27,624 bases of DNA from a virus (lineage: Duplodnaviria > Caudoviricetes). Below are positions 1-7,692 of the stretch, piece after piece. Numbering within the stretch: the stretch's first letter is position 1; each line of letters starts with the position of its first letter. Both the position numbers and the translations under genes were made by a program. The notes beneath the pieces were generated by a model. The model worked only from the letters and a program-made list of their open reading frames with translations, was not told where the DNA came from and did no database searches. Where the stretch lies: positions 1-27,624 of the IMG/VR virus record IMGVR_UViG_3300036783_000214. One strand, written 5' to 3'.

Positions 1-1
1 T

Positions 2-181
2 CACCGTGACATCCCCGACATGTCACAGCTCACCCCCGGTGAGGTGTACATGGTCCACGACACCATCACGCGGGTCACGTGGGGACAGGCTTCGATGAAA
101 GACCGGCACGACGCCATCGAGCGGTACCTGGCGACCGCGGAAGGAGTAGGTGAGGAGGACGGAAATAATGCGGATGCGTGA
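2..181 (+). CDS. Hypothetical protein, 5'-truncated C-terminal fragment
   Basis: Frame 2 is open from the window edge (HRDIPDMSQLTPGEV...NNADA) to TGA 179-181, overlapping the next start. Confidence 0.5.
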   Translation, partial: HRDIPDMSQLTPGEVYMVHDTITRVTWGQASMKDRHDAIERYLATAEGVGEEDGNNADA

Positions 182-404
182 AGAGGACCTTATACCGCTG
201 GGTGACCTGCTGTCGGTGATCACCGGTGTGCCCCCGTCGCGGCTCGCCGGGTTCGTCGTCATGATCGGCGTATTCGAAGAGGACGAAAAGCCGGGCGGGC
301 GGCTGATCGCGTCGACGCCGAATCTGCGAACGGTGGCTCACATGCTTGAGATCGCCGGGGCGCAGGTTCAAGACGAGCTAGATAAGCTTTCCGGTCTGTC
401 ATGA
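168..404 (+). CDS. Hypothetical protein
   Basis: ORF track 150..404. GAGGAGG precedes ATG 168. Stop overlaps the next ATG (ATGA). Confidence 0.6.
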   Translation: MRMREEDLIPLGDLLSVITGVPPSRLAGFVVMIGVFEEDEKPGGRLIASTPNLRTVAHMLEIAGAQVQDELDKLSGLS

Positions 405-1582
405 TCCCGAGCACCGCCGAGCTGCTGCTGCGTGCGGACTGGGAACGGCCCCGCACGCGACAGCGGTCCCTCGGTGTCAGCGACCTGGGCGGGTGCCGTC
501 GCCGTGCCGGGTACCAGGTTCACGGATACCCACCGGAGAAACCCAGCGGCAGTGTGCAGGCAGTCATCGGCACGGCTGTGCACGACGCTGTCGACGCTGC
601 CCTCATGAAAATGCGTGACGAGGGGCTGATCCCTGCCACCTCAATCATTAATGAGGAAGTCCGGTTCGGCGGGGTCATCGGCCATCCGGATTTGTATGTG
701 CGGCCGATGCTCCGTGACGTTAAGACCGTCGGCTACGACTTGCAGGTGGCGAACTACCGGCTGAACGGGCCTCCCCGGCGCCACTTGTGGCAGGTCATGG
801 TCTATTCAGCGGCTCTGATCGTGCAGGGCCTGCCCGTCGAGGAGGTGCAGCTAGATTATCTCGTCCGCGATTCGGGGAACACATGGCTCTGGTCTGGACC
901 ATTCGAGTACGAGCGGGTGTCCGAGGCGATGCAATGGCTCGCCCAGATCCGGGAAACCCCGCTCGAATGGCTCAGCCGCGATTTCGCCCCGGATTCGGCG
1001 CAGTGCCGTCACTGCCCGTTCTCGGAGAGGTGCTGGGAAGGTCACGTGGTCGACCGGGACAAGCGATCCGTATTCGTGGTCGAGGACCAGGACGCTATCG
1101 GGTGGGCGCGGAAGCTTGAGGACGCGCGGGAGCGGCGGCGGAAGGCTGAGCAGGATGAGGCGCTGGCTAAGGGGGCGCTGGACGGGTTGCGGCCAAACGG
1201 GCGGGGCCGCGGCGAGGTCCAGCTCGAGGGGTTCCCTTACCTGCTCCGGTGGACGGTGAGCGGCCGTAAGTCGCTGGACACCGACGCTGTCCGCGAAGAC
1301 TACGCGCGGGCGGGCGGGTCGCCGCCGCTGCGTGAGGGTGAGTCAGTGAAGCTGGAGCTCGTCGCCCCAAAAGATTTACCCATGTTTTCCGGCCGGACCG
1401 GCTGCTGGGCTGGCTGTGCGTCATGTGCGGGGTTCAGGGTGACATGGCGGTCATTTACGACCTGGACCATGCTGGTGACTGTCCCGGCTGGGTGCAGCCG
1501 GCGTCCGGGTGGCTGTTACTTGAAGTTGGGGATGATGTCGATGGCGACGTCGTCCTGGCGGCGGAACGAGCAGCCGTCGTAG
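401..1582 (+). CDS. Cas4-like PD-(D/E)XK exonuclease with Fe-S cysteine cluster (3' end uncertain)
   Basis: SDLGGCRR, GTAVH, HPDL...DVKT, QVMVY, QCRHCPFSERC. The last ~65 aa look non-conserved and overlap the convergent lysin. Confidence 0.85.
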   Translation: MIPSTAELLLRADWERPRTRQRSLGVSDLGGCRRRAGYQVHGYPPEKPSGSVQAVIGTAVHDAVDAALMKMRDEGLIPATSIINEEVRFGGVIGHPDLYVRPMLRDVKTVGYDLQVANYRLNGPPRRHLWQVMVYSAALIVQGLPVEEVQLDYLVRDSGNTWLWSGPFEYERVSEAMQWLAQIRETPLEWLSRDFAPDSAQCRHCPFSERCWEGHVVDRDKRSVFVVEDQDAIGWARKLEDARERRRKAEQDEALAKGALDGLRPNGRGRGEVQLEGFPYLLRWTVSGRKSLDTDAVREDYARAGGSPPLREGESVKLELVAPKDLPMFSGRTGCWAGCASCAGFRVTWRSFTTWTMLVTVPAGCSRRPGGCYLKLGMMSMATSSWRRNEQPS

Positions 1583-2367
1583 TTCGCGGGGAAACTCAGC
1601 ACCACCTTCGGCTTGGACGTGGTGAGGACGACGTCTTTCACGTCCCACACGTTCTTCGTGGAGTGCAGGGCGACGCGGATCTTGATCTGGGCGCCGGAAC
1701 CCATGCGGCTGACGTCGGCGCAGAAACCCATCGCGGTGTACATTTTCGGGAACGAGAACCCGACATCCGGGCTCTTTTCTGCCGTTGACCCGGGCGGGAT
1801 GACTACCATTCCCTCTTCCTCTTCTTCTGGTGGCGGCGGCACGGTTACTGACCCGCCGCCTTGCGCGGCCCATTCCATGACCTTGTCCATGGGGAACCCG
1901 GTGCCGCAGTCGTGGTGGCCGCTGCCCCACGACCCGAAATTCACGTGCTGGCAGACCCCGCGGACGCTGGGGTTCTGCGCTTCTGAATTGTTCAGGACGC
2001 GGAGCGGTATCCCGTATTTGGATGACATCCACGCGACCCACGACGCGGCGTTACGGAGCAGGACACCCTGCTCGTTCAGCCATTTGTCCCGCGACCAGGA
2101 TGCGTACGAGCACATTTCCAGGGACAGGCAGTAGTCGTTAGCGTTTCCCTGCGTCCACGCCTTGTGCTGCTCGTACACGTACGCGCCGAGGGTGTCCGGT
2201 TTCACGTTGTCCGCGCCGTGATGGGAGGAGCAGCCCGCCGACGGGTTCGCGAACCAGGACCCGAGGGACTCGACGGTCATCGCACCCTCGGTGGTGTGCA
2301 GCACGATCTTGTTATACGGGCCGCGTGAGCTGGAGTAGTTCGGGGAGGGTATCCAGATCTCACGCAC
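1516..2367 (-). CDS. N-acetylmuramoyl-L-alanine amidase (endolysin)
   Basis: Amidase_2 motifs SPNYS, IVLHTTEG, SSHH, AWTQGNAN, SLEMC, HVNFG...HHDCG. Acidic/Pro linker PPPPEEEEEG followed by a C-terminal domain. Confidence 0.92.
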   Translation of the reverse strand: MREIWIPSPNYSSSRGPYNKIVLHTTEGAMTVESLGSWFANPSAGCSSHHGADNVKPDTLGAYVYEQHKAWTQGNANDYCLSLEMCSYASWSRDKWLNEQGVLLRNAASWVAWMSSKYGIPLRVLNNSEAQNPSVRGVCQHVNFGSWGSGHHDCGTGFPMDKVMEWAAQGGGSVTVPPPPEEEEEGMVVIPPGSTAEKSPDVGFSFPKMYTAMGFCADVSRMGSGAQIKIRVALHSTKNVWDVKDVVLTTSKPKVVLSFPANYDGCSFRRQDDVAIDIIPNFK

Positions 2368-2581
2368 GGCGCAGGTGCTCCAGGTAGCGGGACACGCGGT
2401 CCCGCAGCCGCGGGGTCATCGGCTTGGTCATCGCCCACGGCTCCGCAGGTTCCTCCGCGGGTTCGGGGGCCGGGACGCGTTCCTCGAAGTCGAGCAGCCC
2501 CGCGTCGTGGTCCGCCGAGTCGAACGTCTCACCGGCCCTGATCAGCCGTTTCTCCGCCCGTTCGGCACGCAGCTCGCCCAT
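2360..2581 (-). CDS. Hypothetical protein preceding lysin
   Basis: GAGGAGG RBS just upstream of the ATG; overlaps the lysin start. Confidence 0.65.
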   Translation of the reverse strand: MGELRAERAEKRLIRAGETFDSADHDAGLLDFEERVPAPEPAEEPAEPWAMTKPMTPRLRDRVSRYLEHLRRA

Positions 2582-2593
2582 CGGCCCTCCTCG

Positions 2594-2668
2594 TTGCGTG
2601 GGAGGGATTTGAACCCGTCGTCCTCTGGGTTATGAGCCCAGCGAGCTACCGAACTGCTCCACCACGCA
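2594..2668 (-). tRNA. tRNA-Met(CAT), initiator (fMet) type, CCA not encoded
   Basis: Minus strand reads TGCGTGG TG GAGC AGTTCGGTA GCTC G CTGGG CTCATAA CCCAG AGGAC GACGGG TTCAAAT CCCTC CCACGCA A. It forms a cloverleaf with three consecutive G:C pairs at the base of the anticodon stem. Confidence 0.9.
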
Positions 2669-2685
2669 GGCCCACCCTACCACCG

Positions 2686-2913
2686 TCACGGCGACCGGTC
2701 AGGGTCCCACGTCAGGTCGTCCCAGCCGGGGAACGTCAGGAGCAGCCGGAACATCGACCCGTTCGCGAACCAGGTGTGGTCGAGGATCTCACCCTTGCGC
2801 GTGTCGTCTTTCAGCTCGATCATGGCGTGAAAGACCGACGGGTCGCGGCTGGCATGCCGGGCGGACCACGTGACCCCTTCGGGGGTCATCAGCCACGCTG
2901 CGACGTCAGTCAT
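2686..2913 (-). CDS. Hypothetical protein
   Basis: 75-aa ORF translationally coupled (ATGA) to the upstream ORF. Confidence 0.65.
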   Translation of the reverse strand: MTDVAAWLMTPEGVTWSARHASRDPSVFHAMIELKDDTRKGEILDHTWFANGSMFRLLLTFPGWDDLTWDPDRSP

Positions 2914-3059
2914 TCCCGTTCCGGCATGGGAAGCTGACCGGCCCAGGCCCAGGGGCGGAGCCGTTCGCCGAGCAGGTCGATGGCCTCATCGTCGGTGGCC
3001 GCCTCGTCGCGGGGAATCAGGACCGTCACTTGAATTTCCCAGGTCTTTTCCTCACCCAT
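2910..3059 (-). CDS. Small hypothetical protein (49 aa, MGEEKTWEIQVTVLIPRDE...)
   Basis: Read manually; fills the gap between 3052..3318 and 2686..2913 and overlaps both. Confidence 0.6.
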   Translation of the reverse strand: MGEEKTWEIQVTVLIPRDEAATDDEAIDLLGERLRPWAWAGQLPMPERE

Positions 3060-3318
3060 TTTTCAGCTCGCATTTCTTGCAGGGGCACCGCCCGGTGGCG
3101 TCCATATAACTACACCACGAACGTATGCCTTTCGTATTGATGTCGTGGAGCAGGACGGCGTGGCCGCACCGGCAGAGTTTCCGCACGGCCGCGACATAGG
3201 CCAGAGCCCCAGGTCCGCCGCTGAGCTTCTGCTGGTCGGGTGCCAGGGCGCGCTGAGAGCGTGCCCTGGCCTCAGCGTAGGCGTCCCTGCCGTGAGACAT
3301 GGGCTGTGAGCCTGGCAT
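3052..3318 (-). CDS. Small Cys/His-rich putative Zn-binding protein
   Basis: CRCGH-x4-H...C...CPCKKC pattern; directly downstream of a promoter-like element. Confidence 0.65.
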   Translation of the reverse strand: MPGSQPMSHGRDAYAEARARSQRALAPDQQKLSGGPGALAYVAAVRKLCRCGHAVLLHDINTKGIRSWCSYMDATGRCPCKKCELKNG

Positions 3319-3342
3319 GCTTAGATTCCATCACAGCGTTGT

Positions 3343-3372
3343 ATTATAGTGTCTGATACCGGCAAGTAGCAA
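3343..3372 (-). promoter_or_regulatory. SigA-type promoter for the leftward tRNA/lysin unit
   Basis: TTGCTA-18 nt-TATAAT on the minus strand in an AT-rich island. Confidence 0.65.
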
Positions 3373-3379
3373 CAGGAAC

Positions 3380-3422
3380 AAAAAAACCACCCATCCGGGC
3401 CCTTGAGGGCCCGGATGGGTGG
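3380..3422 (-). terminator. Intrinsic terminator
   Basis: Perfect 16-bp stem CCACCCATCCGGGCCC/GGGCCCGGATGGGTGG, 4-nt loop, followed by T7 on the minus strand. Confidence 0.85.
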
Positions 3423-3557
3423 GCGTAGGTTGGGGGAGCCGAGCGTCGCCCTGCTCCCCTGCCCCGCTCCCCCGGAAAGCCACCCGCAGGCCCGTTCCGG
3501 AGGTGGCCACCAAAGGGAAAGGACGAAAGCTCTGGTGACCATGCAACACGTCTCGTT
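3380..3557 (-). ncRNA. Candidate structured small RNA (~180 nt)
   Basis: Promoter TTGTTA(3591-3586)-17-TAGCCT(3568-3563), three hairpins (two pair fully only on the minus strand, via G:U) and its own terminator; no convincing ORF. Confidence 0.55.
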
Positions 3558-3570
3558 ACAGGAGGCTACA

Positions 3571-3607
3571 TGTCACGTAACTACGTAACAAGGAGTCTTA
3601 CGTGTCA
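3571..3607. promoter_or_regulatory. Inverted repeat, putative operator between the sRNA promoter and the rep gene
   Basis: TGTCACGTAA-N17-TTACGTGTCA (9/10 complementary), plus a direct repeat ACGTAAC. Confidence 0.4.
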
Positions 3608-3672
3608 GTAACCGACGGTATACCAAATCCGGCAATCCTGTCCACCGCGGCGCGTGAACACGGGGCGTCGAC

Positions 3673-4491
3673 GTGATGGTGTATGCGCAGCTCGACAACC
3701 GGTTCCACGACCACCCCAAAGTGCTCGCCCTGCTAGAGCACGACGACGGGCTCGCCGCGATCGGGCTCTGGACCCTCGCCGTCACGTGGGCGCACAGCCA
3801 CGCAGACCTCAGCTCACCCGGAAACGCCGGGCGCATACCATCCTCGCTGCCCCGCCGGCTCGGCGGGACCGAGGACCTGGCCAAGCTTCTCGTCGCTGTC
3901 GGGCTGTGGGAACCGACACCGGACGGGTGGATGATCCACGACTTCGGCGGCCGTCAGGACCTCACCGGCTGGCAGATCAGGTCAGACAAGGCACGGCTGG
4001 CAGCACGCACACGATGGGATGCTCGGAGCAATGCTACGAGCAATGCCAACGGTAATGCTCCGAGCAATGCACAATACAGTACAGAACAAGAACATATAGG
4101 TGGTTGCAAACCTGATGCTCCGAGCAATGCTCCGAGCAATGCTCCGAGCATCGACGGGCAAGACACCCTCTGGGCAGGCATCACCGCAGACGGCGAAGAG
4201 GTCATCCTCCGTGAAAACACGGAGGCCAAACGAGACAAGTCTCGCGGAACCCGCCTGTCCGAGCAGTGGGCCCCGTCCCCCCAGCTCTACGCGTGGGCAA
4301 AATCCGAGTTCCCCGGTGCAACCGAAGAGTGGCTGTGGGACCAGACTTCACGGTTCAGGGATTACTGGCTCGCCCAGGCCGGTGCCCGCGCCAGGCACGT
4401 CTCATGGGACCTCACGTGGAGAAACTGGATACGGAAAGCGCGGGATTACGCGCCGCGGAACCGGCAGGGACCAGCCGAACGGTGGGACTAA
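3673..4491 (+). CDS. Phage replication initiator / replisome-organizer-like protein
   Basis: N-terminal YAQLDNRFHDHPK...AIGLWTLAVTWA, central repeat-encoded linker, C-terminal FRDYWLAQ...WDLTWRNWIRKA; lies directly upstream of the primase-helicase. Confidence 0.75.
   Translation: MMVYAQLDNRFHDHPKVLALLEHDDGLAAIGLWTLAVTWAHSHADLSSPGNAGRIPSSLPRRLGGTEDLAKLLVAVGLWEPTPDGWMIHDFGGRQDLTGWQIRSDKARLAARTRWDARSNATSNANGNAPSNAQYSTEQEHIGGCKPDAPSNAPSNAPSIDGQDTLWAGITADGEEVILRENTEAKRDKSRGTRLSEQWAPSPQLYAWAKSEFPGATEEWLWDQTSRFRDYWLAQAGARARHVSWDLTWRNWIRKARDYAPRNRQGPAERWD
4019..4150. repeat. 12-bp iteron-like repeats ATGCTCCGAGCA around an A-rich spacer (putative origin)
   Basis: Exact copies at 4055, 4115, 4127, 4139; one-mismatch copies at 4019 and 4031; degenerate copy at 4043; A-rich spacer 4067-4113. 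Confidence 0.8.
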
Positions 4492-4492
4492 C

Positions 4493-6124
4493 GTGGCCAG
4501 CGACGAGATACTGGACCGCGTCCTCGGCAGCCTGGACGGCGTCCGCTCCCAGTACGGCTACTGGATTGCGTGCTGCCCCGCCCACGATGACAGCACCCCG
4601 AGCCTGTCGGTCACCGAGGGGAAAGAGCAGCCGGTCATCCTGAAATGCCACGCCGGGTGTGATCCTGCGGACATTCTCGCGGCGATCGGGATGAGCCTGC
4701 CCGACGTATCCGTCCCGCGGGACGAGCAGCCACGTGGTGAGTGGACACCTCACGGCGATGCATCCGAGGTCTACAAGTACGCCGACGAGGATGGACAGCT
4801 GCTCTACGAGGTTCTCCGCGTGCCCCAGCCCGGCGGCAAGAAGCTGTTCTCGCAGCGCGTCCCCAAGCCGGGCGGCGGCTGGAACTGGCGGCTGGGAGAC
4901 ACCCGGCGTGTTCTGTACCGGTTGCCGCGGCTGCGCCACGCCATCGAAGCCGGCGAGATGATCTACGTCGTGGAAGGCGAGAAGGACGTCCACGCGATCG
5001 AGCGCACCGGTAACGTCGCGACCTGCAATCCGGGCGGAACAGGCGGCGGATGGCGAGATGAATATTCCGAAGTCCTCCGCGACGCGATCGTCGTCATTGT
5101 CGCGGACGCGGACGTGCCGGGCCGCAAGCACGCACGGCGCATCGCGAAAAGTCTCGTCGGCGTCGCGGCAGCGGTGGAAATACAGGAACCCGCCGAGGGC
5201 AAGGATGTGTCAGACCACCTGGCTTCCGGCAGGACCCTGGCCGAGCTGGTTCTCACCTACGAAGGCGAGGTCGCAGCACCGGAACTGGCCGTCGACCTGA
5301 CCGTATTCGTCAGGCAACCTGACCCGCCCCAGTTCTGGGTCATCCCCGACCTGATCGAGCGGAGTGACCGGATTATCTGGACCGGCACGCCAGGGTTGGG
5401 GAAAACGATGGTCACCCGGCAGATAGCCATAGCCGCAGCCGCTGGCGTCCACCCATTTCAGCTTCACAAGATCCCCCGGCAGCGGGTCCTGTTCATCGAC
5501 TGCGAGAATTCGGTACGACGGTCCAAACGGAAATTCCGTGACCTGGTCGGCGTGTGCGAACGGCTGCATTTCCCGTTGCAGCCTGGCCAGTTCTGGCTCG
5601 TGCACCGTCCTGGCGGCATCGACGTCACCAAGGGAGACGACGCCGAGTTCGTCCTCGAGCGGGTGACGGCGTACAAGCCTGACCTGCTCGTCGTCGGGCC
5701 GCTGTACAAGCTTCACGCGATCGACGCGAACGAGGAGATTTCCGCTCGTGCCATCACTCACGTTCTTGACCTGGCGCTGGGAATCAGCCAGTCCGCGCTG
5801 CTGGTAGAGGCACACGCACCCCATGGTGACCTGCTACGCCCGGCTGGTTCCGGACTTTTCACCCGATGGCCGGATTTCGGGTACGGCATGCGGATGGCTG
5901 ACCAGAACCAGATGCACCCGCGGCGGAACGTCAAGGTGGAGGCGTGGCGCGGGCCGCGCGACGAGTATGAGTGGCCAGAACGGCTCGTGTGGGGCAGGCG
6001 GCCGGAAGAATTCCCGTGGGTGGACCCGTCATCAGAGGGTCGTACAGTCCATCCGCCGCAACGTCAGCCCGCGCTGATGGGCAACACCCGCGCGGACCTC
6101 ATCGGAGGCAATCATGATGATTAG
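4493..6124 (+). CDS. Bifunctional DNA primase-helicase (Zn finger + TOPRIM + RecA-like/AAA ATPase)
   Basis: CPAHDDSTPSL...CHAGC; YVVEGEKD and VADADVPG (TOPRIM); Walker A GTPGLGKT. GTG 4493 follows the rep stop. Confidence 0.9.
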   Translation: MASDEILDRVLGSLDGVRSQYGYWIACCPAHDDSTPSLSVTEGKEQPVILKCHAGCDPADILAAIGMSLPDVSVPRDEQPRGEWTPHGDASEVYKYADEDGQLLYEVLRVPQPGGKKLFSQRVPKPGGGWNWRLGDTRRVLYRLPRLRHAIEAGEMIYVVEGEKDVHAIERTGNVATCNPGGTGGGWRDEYSEVLRDAIVVIVADADVPGRKHARRIAKSLVGVAAAVEIQEPAEGKDVSDHLASGRTLAELVLTYEGEVAAPELAVDLTVFVRQPDPPQFWVIPDLIERSDRIIWTGTPGLGKTMVTRQIAIAAAAGVHPFQLHKIPRQRVLFIDCENSVRRSKRKFRDLVGVCERLHFPLQPGQFWLVHRPGGIDVTKGDDAEFVLERVTAYKPDLLVVGPLYKLHAIDANEEISARAITHVLDLALGISQSALLVEAHAPHGDLLRPAGSGLFTRWPDFGYGMRMADQNQMHPRRNVKVEAWRGPRDEYEWPERLVWGRRPEEFPWVDPSSEGRTVHPPQRQPALMGNTRADLIGGNHDD

Positions 6125-6302
6125 CAGCAAGCTACCCGACGCCTGCCAGAATCACTTCCCAGGTGATTTCCCGGCGGTCCACCCGTACCAGGTCACCCCC
6201 GAAGGGGTGAGCCTCCGCGCTGAATACTCCTGCCCGTTCTGCGGGATCAAATGGACATGCTGGTGGGACGCGAAAGCGGCAGGATGGCCCACCCGGTCAT
6301 GA
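6114..6302 (+). CDS. Small hypothetical protein with CxxC
   Basis: GGAGG RBS, CPFCG motif, coupled to both neighbours. Confidence 0.65.
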   Translation: MMISSKLPDACQNHFPGDFPAVHPYQVTPEGVSLRAEYSCPFCGIKWTCWWDAKAAGWPTRS

Positions 6303-7345
6303 ACGTCCTCTCGCTGTGCAGCGGCATAGGCGGCCTAGATTTGGGCCTGCAGTGGGCAGGCATGAAAATCGTCGGCCAGGTGGAGATCGACCCCTGGTGC
6401 CGTGGCATCCTGGAGAGACACTGGCCGGAGGTGCCGAAACATGACGACGTGCGAACCGCTGTGCCCTGGTGGTGGGGAACCGGACGAAGAGCTGACGTTG
6501 TTTGCGGCGGGTTCCCTTGCCAGCCCGTCTCCGTCGCGGGTAAAGGGGAGGCGCAGAGTGATCAACGGTGGCTCTGGCCTGACTTCGCGCATGTGGTTCG
6601 CCAGCTACGACCCCGGTACGTGGTCGTGGAGAATGTTCCAGGGCTGCTTGGACGGGGAATGGGTGACGTTCTCGGGGACCTGGCCCGTCTCGGGTATGAC
6701 GCGGACTGGGATTGCCTGCCGGCTGCGGCCTTCGGTGCCCCACATCTACGAAACCGGGTCTTCGTCATTGCCTACCCCGGCCGCGAGCGCGTACGGAAGC
6801 AACCAGGGCGGCGGGGCGGGCCGGGAGGGTCAGCCGTCGCGGCCGTCGCTGGAAACGATGGCGAGGCACGACCTGTGGCCGACCCCGAAGGCCAGCGCGG
6901 CGAACTACGGGCAGCCCCGGGACAACGACCGCGGGGACCTGCAAGCGGAAGTGCTCCGCCGCATGTGGCCGACCCCGACCGCGTCCGACGGGACCGGGGG
7001 GAGGGTATCTTCCGACCCTGGCGGCCTGCGCCCGTCGGGGAAGAAGAAGCACGTCACGCTCGCGACCGCCGCGAATCACTGGCCGACCCCGACAGCGTCC
7101 TGCGTCGATATCGACACGATGGAACGGCAGCGGTACTCGAGGGAGCAGCTGGGCCAGATGCGGGACGATGGGCAGCCCTACGAAACCCAGGCTTCTGGGA
7201 TGCTGAACCCCGCATGGGTAGGGTGGCTGATGGGGTTCCCGGCAGGATGGACCAGCTGCGAGGACTCGGGAACGCGGTAGTCCCGCAGGTCGCCCGGTAT
7301 GTCGGGGAGCTGATCATGGAGGACGCGCGGTGCGGGTCCTGGTGA
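6299..7345 (+). CDS. dcm: DNA (cytosine-5)-methyltransferase, main polypeptide
   Basis: Motif I LCSGIGG, IV GGFPCQ, VI ENVPG, VIII RNRVFVIA, X LGNAVVPQVA. ATG 6299 overlaps the upstream stop. Confidence 0.92.
   Translation: MNVLSLCSGIGGLDLGLQWAGMKIVGQVEIDPWCRGILERHWPEVPKHDDVRTAVPWWWGTGRRADVVCGGFPCQPVSVAGKGEAQSDQRWLWPDFAHVVRQLRPRYVVVENVPGLLGRGMGDVLGDLARLGYDADWDCLPAAAFGAPHLRNRVFVIAYPGRERVRKQPGRRGGPGGSAVAAVAGNDGEARPVADPEGQRGELRAAPGQRPRGPASGSAPPHVADPDRVRRDRGEGIFRPWRPAPVGEEEARHARDRRESLADPDSVLRRYRHDGTAAVLEGAAGPDAGRWAALRNPGFWDAEPRMGRVADGVPGRMDQLRGLGNAVVPQVARYVGELIMEDARCGSW
6402..7280 (+). CDS. Nested +1-frame ORF, probable second methyltransferase subunit (PTP repeats, motif-IX-like end); start uncertain
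   Basis: 292-codon open frame with LPTP/WPTP repeats, ending LNPAWVGWLMGFPAGWT. Confidence 0.7.
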   Translation: MASWRDTGRRCRNMTTCEPLCPGGGEPDEELTLFAAGSLASPSPSRVKGRRRVINGGSGLTSRMWFASYDPGTWSWRMFQGCLDGEWVTFSGTWPVSGMTRTGIACRLRPSVPHIYETGSSSLPTPAASAYGSNQGGGAGREGQPSRPSLETMARHDLWPTPKASAANYGQPRDNDRGDLQAEVLRRMWPTPTASDGTGGRVSSDPGGLRPSGKKKHVTLATAANHWPTPTASCVDIDTMERQRYSREQLGQMRDDGQPYETQASGMLNPAWVGWLMGFPAGWTSCEDSGTR

Positions 7346-7692
7346 CGGGGAGCCGGGACTGGCCTGACCGGGGGGTCATCTCCCGGGCGCTCCGGGAGGC
7401 GTGGGTGGTGAACCCGCCGGGTGAGGAGTTCGTGGTCGTCCACGGCAAGTGCATGACCGGTGCGGACAAGATGGCCGAGTACGTCGCGCGGAAGAACGGG
7501 TGGACCCTCGAACCGCACCCCGCCGACTGGAAGCGGTACGGGAAGCCCGCCGGGTTCCGCCGCAACATCGAGATGGTGAAAGCGGGCGCGGACGTGTGCC
7601 TCGCATTCATCAAGGACGCGTCCCGCGGGGCGACCCACTGCGCGCTCGCCGCTGAGGAAGCGGGGATACCAGTCCGGAGGTTCGAATGCTGA
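7330..7692 (+). CDS. SLOG-superfamily DUF2493/YspA-like protein
   Basis: RVLVTGSRDW, VVVHG..TGAD, HPADW..YGKPAGFRRN..M, CLAF...SRGATH. Confidence 0.85.
   Translation: MRVLVTGSRDWPDRGVISRALREAWVVNPPGEEFVVVHGKCMTGADKMAEYVARKNGWTLEPHPADWKRYGKPAGFRRNIEMVKAGADVCLAFIKDASRGATHCALAAEEAGIPVRRFEC

Noticed and set aside
401-1582. CRISPR-Cas system suggested by the Cas4-like gene
   Set aside because: No array or other cas genes; solo Cas4-like nucleases are common in phages.
3321-3549. Minus-strand ORFs 3321..3542 and 3331..3549
   Set aside because: They cross a strong terminator and a promoter and lack an RBS; the ncRNA interpretation is preferred.
4019-4150. CRISPR array
   Set aside because: 12-bp tandem units without spacers, inside a CDS.
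4100-4492. N-terminal extension of the primase-helicase from the ORF track (start 4100)
   Set aside because: It overlaps rep in another frame and reads as low-complexity sequence; GTG 4493 fits better.
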